Below are positions 50,759-58,330 of a DNA stretch of 64,000 bases, in pieces. The translations under genes were made by a program, and so were the position numbers. A model generated the notes under the pieces. It searched no databases. It was not told the DNA's origin and saw only the letters and a program-made list of their open reading frames with translations. The stretch comes from a virus: positions 64,001 through 128,000 of the IMG/VR virus record IMGVR_UViG_3300010885_057925. One strand, 5' to 3'. Within the stretch, counting starts at the first letter, position 1. Every line of letters starts with the position of its first letter.

Positions 50759-51654
50759 TATGACCTCTTTTTCTTTCCAGAATCAGACAATTTAATTTGT
50801 GTGACTTTCTCTATCAAGATTGGTCTCTGGTGCTTTGGAAAAGTATTTGCTATTATCTCTGAGAGGCGGACTTTCTCTATCGATCCCACATACTCAAGCT
50901 TGATAGAGTTTCCAATGACTGGGGCTTTTATAGAAATACAAGCGCAATCTTCGATGCCATCAATTTCGAGAATTTTTGCCTCTACTTCTTCTAGAGACAC
51001 AAGAGCGCCAGCAATGTTTAATTTTGCGTCGACTCTTCCCACGAACTTGTATCTGTCTCCATCAATCTTCCATGAATCTTTTAGAACAATTCCATTAGCT
51101 ACGAGAGAACCATCTTCTAAAAAAGAAAAATTTTTGAACTTTTCCCTTGGATATCCCTCGATACCGTCTGATGAGCTACAGATATCACCAGTTTCAGTAG
51201 AAGCGTAGACGTGAGTGATTCTAGCAGAAGAGAATAGCTTCTTACAGCAATCAAGAGAATACTGCGTCGCGTACTCTCCTCCTAAAGTTACTTGATTCAC
51301 ACCGTTAAATGATCTTCCAGACCTTAGAAGCTTTTGAGCCTGTGATGGAGTCATGCAAATATCGGTGCATTTCTCAACTTCGTCAAGATTTTCAAAACTT
51401 AAATGCTTTACTCTTACATTGCTTTTAATCGCATGAAGAATCACGCTAAGTGAAGCCCACGTTCCCAGAGAGTAAAAAAAACCTATTTGAGAGTTTGGGT
51501 GATAGTCTCTTTTCGTTTTCTTTTCGAGCTCGACAGTGACATCTTTCAGAACTGTTTTTCTTTCTCCGGTAGTTCCGGATGTCTGAATCGCAATCGATTT
51601 ATTTTCTTTTATGGATCTCTCTATGCTCTCATAGTACGATTCAAAATCATTCAT
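50758..51654 (-). CDS. AMP-dependent acyl ligase (compact adenylation enzyme)
   Basis: QTSGTTGERK, GGE, YASTETG, FVGRVD, SDSGK core motifs. Confidence 0.85.
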   Translation of the reverse strand: MNDFESYYESIERSIKENKSIAIQTSGTTGERKTVLKDVTVELEKKTKRDYHPNSQIGFFYSLGTWASLSVILHAIKSNVRVKHLSFENLDEVEKCTDICMTPSQAQKLLRSGRSFNGVNQVTLGGEYATQYSLDCCKKLFSSARITHVYASTETGDICSSSDGIEGYPREKFKNFSFLEDGSLVANGIVLKDSWKIDGDRYKFVGRVDAKLNIAGALVSLEEVEAKILEIDGIEDCACISIKAPVIGNSIKLEYVGSIEKVRLSEIIANTFPKHQRPILIEKVTQIKLSDSGKKKRS

Positions 51655-51892
51655 TTGGCAACATCACGCCAACAAAGATATCCAGCAGATGCTGGACTGT
51701 CTTTATCTGATGCCACTGGATCGGTAAATCCAGAACGTTGATAGAGAACTTATGATCAACATCGATCACAATTTGCGCGTAATCGATGCTGTCAATTCCA
51801 ACTTCATCAAAAACTGTGTCAAGCTCAACTTGAATGCTCGGATTGACTCTTCGGATTGCCTCTACAATAGAATCAAAAACTTCTTCTTTCAT
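51647..51892 (-). CDS. Acyl carrier protein
   Basis: Small acidic protein with GIDSID phosphopantetheine serine motif; ATG 51892 preferred over the track start at 51940. Confidence 0.85.
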   Translation of the reverse strand: MKEEVFDSIVEAIRRVNPSIQVELDTVFDEVGIDSIDYAQIVIDVDHKFSINVLDLPIQWHQIKTVQHLLDIFVGVMLPNE

Positions 51893-51911
51893 GAGCTTAA
51901 CCTTTTCAGCA

Positions 51912-52763
51912 TTATAAATCGTGAATGCTCGAAAGTTCAATGATGCTGTCGTTCAAATGATACTGCTTGACTCTCTCGCTTGTTGACATGAATCTTTCAG
52001 TCAAACGATCTCCACGGCGAGGAGCGATAATCTCTTTTGCTCTGTCTGGATACAGATCATTTGCAACGTCTTCCATCAGACGAAGATGACCGCTGTTTAC
52101 TATGAATCGACCTGGCTCAGATCTAAGCATCGCAAAAATGATAAGTCCAGCCGACTCTTCGACCGAGATGAAGTGACGCTCGCAAGTCGGAGCAACTTTG
52201 ATAGGCTCGCTCTCTAGGACTTTGTCCCAGATCTCAAATACGTTGCCCTGCGTCTCGACGACATTAAAGAATCTTGCCACGGAACCACCGCTGTTCATGG
52301 TCATTCTCTCTGCGATCAGCTTGCTAGCTCCGTAAACGATCTCTGGGTTTGCAGACTTGCAAGTAGAAGTCAGAATCATCCTACAGCCATCCGGCTTATT
52401 GTCCAGTAAGTTCTTAGTTCCGATTGTGTTGATCGAAAGTGTCATCCAAGTCTCGTGTTCTCCGACAGGAGCATGCTTCGCTCCCGCGATATTCACGATG
52501 ATGGTTGGCTTGTAGTCGTTCAGAACTTGCTTCACTCTGTCAAAATCAGTTATGTCCATCTTGGTGTGATCACCCTCGATGTCAGTCGACAGAAAATTGA
52601 CATTATGGCGCTTGAACTTTTCTACCAGCACAGTGCCGATGCTGCCATTAGCTCCCGTGATCAGAACTCTCTCGTTCAAATTTTCTAATCTGTTCTCAAC
52701 GCTTACGAGCTGCTGAAGCTCTTTCCTGCCCAGAACTTTCTCGAGTGAATACTTGTCCATCAT
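51912..52763 (-). CDS. Nucleotide-sugar 4,6-dehydratase, CapD/PglF-like catalytic domain
   Basis: LITGANGSIG, AGAKH, STCKSANP..YGASKLIAE, RFFNV, RHFIS, RRGDRLTE. Confidence 0.8.
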   Translation of the reverse strand: MMDKYSLEKVLGRKELQQLVSVENRLENLNERVLITGANGSIGTVLVEKFKRHNVNFLSTDIEGDHTKMDITDFDRVKQVLNDYKPTIIVNIAGAKHAPVGEHETWMTLSINTIGTKNLLDNKPDGCRMILTSTCKSANPEIVYGASKLIAERMTMNSGGSVARFFNVVETQGNVFEIWDKVLESEPIKVAPTCERHFISVEESAGLIIFAMLRSEPGRFIVNSGHLRLMEDVANDLYPDRAKEIIAPRRGDRLTERFMSTSERVKQYHLNDSIIELSSIHDL

Positions 52764-52819
52764 TTCTAGAACTCTCCTTTAATTTTTCTATCGAAAGTTT
52801 TCGTTCAAAAACCGTGATC

Positions 52820-53287
52820 TCAAGTTCGATCAAACGCTCTTTTCACCATGACAATATTATCATGACAGATTCCGTGAAAATTAGTTTTTTCGTACAACTT
52901 TTTCGACCAGAAAGCTGATGTATCTGAAGGCTGGTTCACTACGCCTCCTGAGACAAAAACTTCCGGGAAAGTCCAGGGAATAGACTTGGATGTCATAGTC
53001 AACTTATCGTTCTCATGCCAGAACCAGTTTAAACCAGATTGATTCAAAAAAGAGATGCACTCTAGATTCTTTGCATGAACCCACAGCTTGCTTGACCTCT
53101 CAAGGAGAAATCTCTCATCTATTCTATTCTCAGGAAAATCATGACCTAGCTTGAGAGATCCATCGCTTAACCAAAGATCTATCTCAACGTCGAAATCAAG
53201 AGACAGAGCTAGATCTATTTGATCAGGAAGGTTCTCACGTTCTTTCAGCTTGCCTTCTAAATTTCCTCTGTGAGATATGAATATCAC
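52820..53287 (-). CDS. Glycerophosphodiester phosphodiesterase-like protein
   Basis: ISHRGN..EN..DVEIDLW..LGHD..WVHAKN. Confidence 0.75.
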   Translation of the reverse strand: MIFISHRGNLEGKLKERENLPDQIDLALSLDFDVEIDLWLSDGSLKLGHDFPENRIDERFLLERSSKLWVHAKNLECISFLNQSGLNWFWHENDKLTMTSKSIPWTFPEVFVSGGVVNQPSDTSAFWSKKLYEKTNFHGICHDNIVMVKRAFDRT

Positions 53288-53997
53288 TTTGCGATCCTGA
53301 GGTATCGCTGCAGATCTTCTGGGGTCCCTATCCCATGCATTTTATGAACGTAGAAAGGAATGACGCTCTTGCTGTCTCCTATCATTTCATTGTAGACGGG
53401 AGCAATGTAGAACTCGTTATTAGTTCTGATATTCTTTTCTATCATGTCTTTTGCAGATCTAACGAAATCGGATCCCTTTCTGTACCAGTAAATTCCGCAA
53501 GTAGCTACATCAGATATTGGATTTTTTTCAGCAACCTCTGACACAAAACCGTCATCCACTTTAACAAAAGACCACTTCGGATGAACCGCGTTAAACGTAA
53601 AAACGATTCCATCGACCGACGTCATCTTTTTTACTGTCATGAAATTTTCCCTGCTAAACTCGATTATTTGATCTGAGTTTGCGATCAAGAGGTCATCGTC
53701 GTTGTTAATAAACTCTTCTGCTAGAAGCGCCGTGCAGGCTGCACCCTCTGTAAGAGAATCTACCTGAACTATTCTGCAGTTGCCGTTAGTCACTCTCTTT
53801 AAGAGAGAATGAATTCCATCGAACTTAGCAAGATGCTCTTTTCTAACCAGAAATATGTACTCAGCGTCAAAACCTAGATTTTCAATGACAGCCTGTATCA
53901 TGGGTCTACCATCTACGTCTATCAGGGGCTTCGGAAACGTGTACCCTTCAATCGAAAACCTTGAACCCTCACCCGCCATCGGAATTAGAACTTTCAT
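53284..53997 (-). CDS. Nucleotidyltransferase / GT-A fold sugar-phosphate transferase
   Basis: IPMAGEGSRF..PKPLIDV, TEGAACT, ANSDQ, EKNPIS, NNEFYIAPVYN, GTPEDL. Confidence 0.85.
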   Translation of the reverse strand: MKVLIPMAGEGSRFSIEGYTFPKPLIDVDGRPMIQAVIENLGFDAEYIFLVRKEHLAKFDGIHSLLKRVTNGNCRIVQVDSLTEGAACTALLAEEFINNDDDLLIANSDQIIEFSRENFMTVKKMTSVDGIVFTFNAVHPKWSFVKVDDGFVSEVAEKNPISDVATCGIYWYRKGSDFVRSAKDMIEKNIRTNNEFYIAPVYNEMIGDSKSVIPFYVHKMHGIGTPEDLQRYLRIAK

Positions 53998-54622
53998 CTA
54001 TAAACTCCAAGTAATTTCTAAGATTCACATCTTCGAACCCCTTAACTGCCCAGAGGTATCTGGCAAGAGATTTCTTTGCAGATTCTATTCCCTTGTCAGA
54101 ATCTTCTACACAAAGCGTCTGCTCTGGATCTGAGTTGAGCTCTTTGATTGCGTAATCATAACAATCCGGGAACGGCTTGTTTCTTTTGACGTCTTCGTTG
54201 GTAACGATTCTGTCAAAATACTCGATTTGACCAGTCGAGTTAAGCATCTTCTCTGCAGTTTGTCTGATCGAGTTGGTCACGCAAGCAATTTTTACTTTAT
54301 TTTCTTTTAGAAATTGAAGAAGTTCAATTTTCTTTGGGTCAATCTCTGCGTTTCTTTCGATTATGTCGATCGTGTAATCTTGCTTCAGCTTCCAAATCAT
54401 TTCTGATTTTTCTCGATCTACTCCAAGAATCTCAAGCTTAACTTTGGTAGGGAGTCCGTTGAATTTTGATTCGTGATCCTCTCTTGATATCGTTACTCCA
54501 GCAACTTCGTAGAGAGCTTGATTCAGTGATTTGTAATGCCACTCACACGCATCGACCAAAACTCCATCAAGATCAAATAAAACGCAAGACACGTGCTTGC
54601 CGCTTTTTCCAAAATTTCTCAA
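53969..54622 (-). CDS. HAD-family phosphatase
   Basis: FDLDGVL, VTNS, KPFPD, EDSDKG motifs. Confidence 0.9.
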   Translation of the reverse strand: MRNFGKSGKHVSCVLFDLDGVLVDACEWHYKSLNQALYEVAGVTISREDHESKFNGLPTKVKLEILGVDREKSEMIWKLKQDYTIDIIERNAEIDPKKIELLQFLKENKVKIACVTNSIRQTAEKMLNSTGQIEYFDRIVTNEDVKRNKPFPDCYDYAIKELNSDPEQTLCVEDSDKGIESAKKSLARYLWAVKGFEDVNLRNYLEFIDESSNSDGG

Positions 54623-54663
54623 ACTTACCCCTCTTTTATCGTTAGAAGATTAGACTGTCGTTG

Positions 54664-55311
54664 CTATCTCAAAGTAAACACTTTGTCCTCGACCCATGGT
54701 TTATCAAACGTTCTTCTCAAAAGAACAGTGTAGTCGAATCTACTAACTTTTGATCTGAAACTTGACATATGGTATCGTAGCATCGTCTCAGGATGACAAG
54801 GAACTCCCGCCGCTGAGTACTCGTTTATCTTATCATAAAGAGCGCAGTAGTGATTCATATTCTCATATGACGAGAAACAAAGCATGTCAAAAAGACCGCC
54901 TCTCCAGTCTCCTCCCTGAGGTATCCAGAGAGAACTCGGATCGAATTCGTTGATCTTCAGCGGACTGCAATACTTCACGTCGAACCTAGTCTTTAGGACA
55001 ACATCGTAATCTCCTTCGATTATGTCAAAAGACTTTTTGATGTTCTTCCACATCGCAAACACTGCAGCGGGATCAGTCTCAGGCGGCTTATTGTAGAAGC
55101 AAGAGTCTGATATCTTGCTCACGTTCTGATCTTTTGAATCTATGATTGTCTTTTTTGGATTGAAAAGCTTCACTGCTTCAGCGACTCTCTCTTCTTCATA
55201 AGCATGAAAGAATATGTCGCAGTCGTTGTAATTTAGTATGTTGCTTTCTAGAGACGGATAGCATTCATCAAAATTTCTAACGTCCCCGCTCAGTATTATC
55301 GCAACTTTCAT
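54664..55311 (-). CDS. Putative glycosyltransferase-like protein
   Basis: MKVAIILSGDVR..DIFFH..YDVVLKTRFD..D..HPET pattern seen in glycan-locus proteins. Confidence 0.6.
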   Translation of the reverse strand: MKVAIILSGDVRNFDECYPSLESNILNYNDCDIFFHAYEEERVAEAVKLFNPKKTIIDSKDQNVSKISDSCFYNKPPETDPAAVFAMWKNIKKSFDIIEGDYDVVLKTRFDVKYCSPLKINEFDPSSLWIPQGGDWRGGLFDMLCFSSYENMNHYCALYDKINEYSAAGVPCHPETMLRYHMSSFRSKVSRFDYTVLLRRTFDKPWVEDKVFTLR

Positions 55312-56132
55312 AGCTTGTTCTCGAACTTAGGCATAAGATCAAAGAAAAGCTCCATGTTTTCATTAGCTTCAAACGGTCTAATGGAGTGATATTCGCTCAG
55401 CTCTCCAGATCTAACAGCTTGCATCAACTCATCGCACACTCTGATTCTGCCGATCGATCTGTCGATTCTTCTAGAACCCCATTCGTTGTGAAAGTTAGTG
55501 ACAAGTTCTATCTTAGCTCCGGGTTCATCTCTTAACTTTTTTCTAATCAAAGAGCTAGAATAAGCTTCGTCGATGCCCCAGAGACTCATACCTTCTCTAA
55601 AGTTTGGAAGATTGACTCTCCAATCGTAGATCTTATGAAGCTCATCAGACCAGTTTTCGTTGATTTCGTGAATTGACTTGAATTGAGAACCAAAACCCAC
55701 GTGATGTGAGGATGGAAAATCAGCCCCAGGATGATTATATCCGTCGGAGAAACCTACAACGTATTTTCCATCTCTCAAAAACGCCTTGATCATTTTAAAG
55801 AATCTATCACCCAAAGGTATCTGATCTATTCCCGAGATCATACATCTGTCATTTTCAAATCTAGAAGCACCGTAGTACGCGCCCCAAGTGCACGTCCAAT
55901 CTCTCTGCTCAATCAATATGTCTGGAGATCTTTCTAAAAGAAAGATTTCTCCATGGTCGTCCGATAGCTTCTTTAGTTTTCTGAGCTCGTCGAACTCTTC
56001 TTGATTACCAGAGAAAAATAGCGTTGGGACAGTGTTAAACTTCTCATGATATACTTTCGATACAAAATTCCAGAAGCCTAAGTAATCAGAATTGTTTGTC
56101 AACGAAAAGATGACTCTATCAACTATTCTCAT
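55308..56132 (-). CDS. Hypothetical protein, possible GT-A glycosyltransferase
   Basis: Y..FW..VSK, GIDQIPL, WGIDE, RRIDR, H..RP; glycan cluster context. Confidence 0.5.
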   Translation of the reverse strand: MRIVDRVIFSLTNNSDYLGFWNFVSKVYHEKFNTVPTLFFSGNQEEFDELRKLKKLSDDHGEIFLLERSPDILIEQRDWTCTWGAYYGASRFENDRCMISGIDQIPLGDRFFKMIKAFLRDGKYVVGFSDGYNHPGADFPSSHHVGFGSQFKSIHEINENWSDELHKIYDWRVNLPNFREGMSLWGIDEAYSSSLIRKKLRDEPGAKIELVTNFHNEWGSRRIDRSIGRIRVCDELMQAVRSGELSEYHSIRPFEANENMELFFDLMPKFENKL

Positions 56133-56814
56133 TTTTATCTCGCAAAGAATGGATTCTTCTCATCATCTCTGGATTCATATAATGAAAAGTTATCTTTTCG
56201 TCGGTTCCGAATGAATCGATATTTCCAGTGCAAAACTTTTCTGTGTGAATGAACCTGCACTCTCCTGAGTTTCTGAACCAGAATCCTATCGATATGTCGC
56301 TGTTATAAGCTGTTGGGAAATCTTTGGTATCTAGAAGGTATTTCTTGATGGCAGTAAAACACTCTCTAGTCATCACAAACCCTGCTCCTCCGCTGGGATA
56401 TGTCACCGGTAAGCTGCAGTCTCTACCTCTCAAACTTTGAAGGGGCATTCCTTGCTCAAGAGCATGATTCTCAGAGTAGTCATAGAAAACGTGGCCAAGA
56501 CAAGCTTTTTCATTGGGAGAAATTTTAAGCGACTTGATCTCTGCTTTTAACGAGCTAATATCAACGTAGGTGTCATCATCGCTGATCATAATGAAATCAA
56601 AGTCATCAAAATTCTCTAGAGACATCACGAAATAAGCTAACTTAAAAGGAACATACACGTAACCGGTAGGAAGAGTAGAGAAAGAAACCATATCGTTTCC
56701 TTCGCTGTCACCCACGAAGATGTATGCATCAGAATTTTTAGCGTAAGTTTCTCTAATCGCATCTTGAAGTGATCTGTTCTTATCACATGTTATGATTGCA
56801 TTTAGAATCTTCAA
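56119..56814 (-). CDS. Fringe/GT31-like glycosyltransferase
   Basis: DDDTYV, YPSGGAGFVM, SDISIGFW, ITFHY hallmark motifs. Confidence 0.8.
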   Translation of the reverse strand: MKILNAIITCDKNRSLQDAIRETYAKNSDAYIFVGDSEGNDMVSFSTLPTGYVYVPFKLAYFVMSLENFDDFDFIMISDDDTYVDISSLKAEIKSLKISPNEKACLGHVFYDYSENHALEQGMPLQSLRGRDCSLPVTYPSGGAGFVMTRECFTAIKKYLLDTKDFPTAYNSDISIGFWFRNSGECRFIHTEKFCTGNIDSFGTDEKITFHYMNPEMMRRIHSLRDKNENS

Positions 56815-57683
56815 ATTGCACGTCCTTCCGTCAAGATGTATAAGAGATGCTTAGATCTTACATCATAGCTATGATAATTTTCAGACCTTGCGCGACCAAG
56901 ATGAGCTATTTTCTCTCTTTCAGCATCGTTTCTGGTGAAATGATCTATTAGAGCCATGAGCTCGTCTGCGTTATGATAGACGACAATCTCCTCATTAATC
57001 TTGAAGAGTCTTTCGATATTAGGCGTGTAATTTGTGAGCAGCATCGCTCCAGAACCTGTAGCCTCAAAAGTTCTGAAGTTCACGTCGTCAGCGATGTTTA
57101 TGTTGAAAGCTATCTTGTAGCTTGACAGAGCTCGCACCATATCGTTTCCAATCACGAATATGTCGCGCTTCAAATTAAACTTTGACGATATCAGATTAAG
57201 CCAATTCTCTCTGTTGCCGATGAGAGAGCCGCAAAACCCAACGTCAACGTTTCTTTCAACGCTAGAGTCAGGCTTTATCAAATCAGAAGGATACCCATTC
57301 GGAAACCAGACAGCTGAGCTGACCAAACCTCTGAAGTGATCGATGTGCTGTATGTTGGACATCAAGAGAATGTCGAACTTGTGCTTGAGGCAATGAGCTT
57401 GATGATTCTGAAGAGAGCAATGAGAATCGATGCTCCAGAACAATTTCTTTCCCTTGAACTTTGAGATGTCTGGATGCCACCCAGAGTCATAATTCTCAAG
57501 GCTTAGCAGGGCATCACAATCTCTGGATATCTCGTCGAAAGGGACGGAAAAATTATTGTAATTCAACCCCCAAACGACAGCTTCATGACCGGCTCGCTCA
57601 ATTCCTCGCTTAAGGCACAGAGCCTCTCTGAACTCTCTATTTCCTTCGTTTCTTCCGCGTTCCTGTATCAGTAAGATCTTCAT
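56811..57683 (-). CDS. CgeB-like glycosyltransferase (GT-B)
   Basis: WSIDSH, DVGFCGS..R, YKIAFN..DVNFRTFEATGSGAMLLT, HSYDVR. Confidence 0.8.
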   Translation of the reverse strand: MKILLIQERGRNEGNREFREALCLKRGIERAGHEAVVWGLNYNNFSVPFDEISRDCDALLSLENYDSGWHPDISKFKGKKLFWSIDSHCSLQNHQAHCLKHKFDILLMSNIQHIDHFRGLVSSAVWFPNGYPSDLIKPDSSVERNVDVGFCGSLIGNRENWLNLISSKFNLKRDIFVIGNDMVRALSSYKIAFNINIADDVNFRTFEATGSGAMLLTNYTPNIERLFKINEEIVVYHNADELMALIDHFTRNDAEREKIAHLGRARSENYHSYDVRSKHLLYILTEGRAI

Positions 57684-58330
57684 ATGACTGCTCTCAACGC
57701 TGCTTTTTGCTCTTCAACAGCCACATCATTTTCATCGAATGCTAGACCCACAAACTCATCGCTGACGCGTTTGGTCGGAAATTGAATCTTTTGAAAGAAC
57801 TCATCATGAACAATCGAGAACTGAGCGACCTTTGGATAGATAATTTCGCGCAAGAAATTTTGATCAACTTGCCAAAAATCTCCCTTCACGTACTCACGAA
57901 TTAGATCGCTCATGTTACTGAGAAGCGGAGCTCTAGCTCCCCACATTCCTCCTAAAATCTCTGTAGCGTGGTGAGGGTGATCACGCATGATATGAAACAT
58001 CGCGCTGCTTCCGAGCCACTGCTTCACTGCAGCTACTTCACGAGCAGTTATCCTGCTATCGCAGTCTCGACTGATCATCACGTCAACGTCAGGGTCTGAG
58101 GCTGCCTCGAATCTCCAGAACATGCCCGTCCAGTCGCCGGGCTTCTTCATATCGATTACGTGTGCTCCACGATCATGAAGACCGCTGATCGTTTCAGAAG
58201 GAGTATTAGTACCTACATAAAAGCGGGCCTGCCATCCAGGATATAGTTCACTCACAAGCTCAGCGTTCCTAAGAGCTCCGATGTTATACTTTGGGTTATC
58301 ACCCCATAAAGAGTAAGAAACTACTCTCAT
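57680..58330 (-). CDS. Conserved GT-A-like protein
   Basis: SYSLWG..KY..GA..N, MFWRF, SRDCDSR (DxD), FHIMRDHPHH, ILGGMWG, DQNFL. Confidence 0.65.
   Translation of the reverse strand: MRVVSYSLWGDNPKYNIGALRNAELVSELYPGWQARFYVGTNTPSETISGLHDRGAHVIDMKKPGDWTGMFWRFEAASDPDVDVMISRDCDSRITAREVAAVKQWLGSSAMFHIMRDHPHHATEILGGMWGARAPLLSNMSDLIREYVKGDFWQVDQNFLREIIYPKVAQFSIVHDEFFQKIQFPTKRVSDEFVGLAFDENDVAVEEQKAALRAVI

Noticed and set aside
49356-51892. True lipid A or fatty-acid synthesis genes (lpxA, fabG, acpP)
   Set aside because: No lpxC/lpxD/lpxB or ketosynthase in the window; the context of dehydratase plus aminotransferase fits sugar N-acylation better, so symbols were not assigned.
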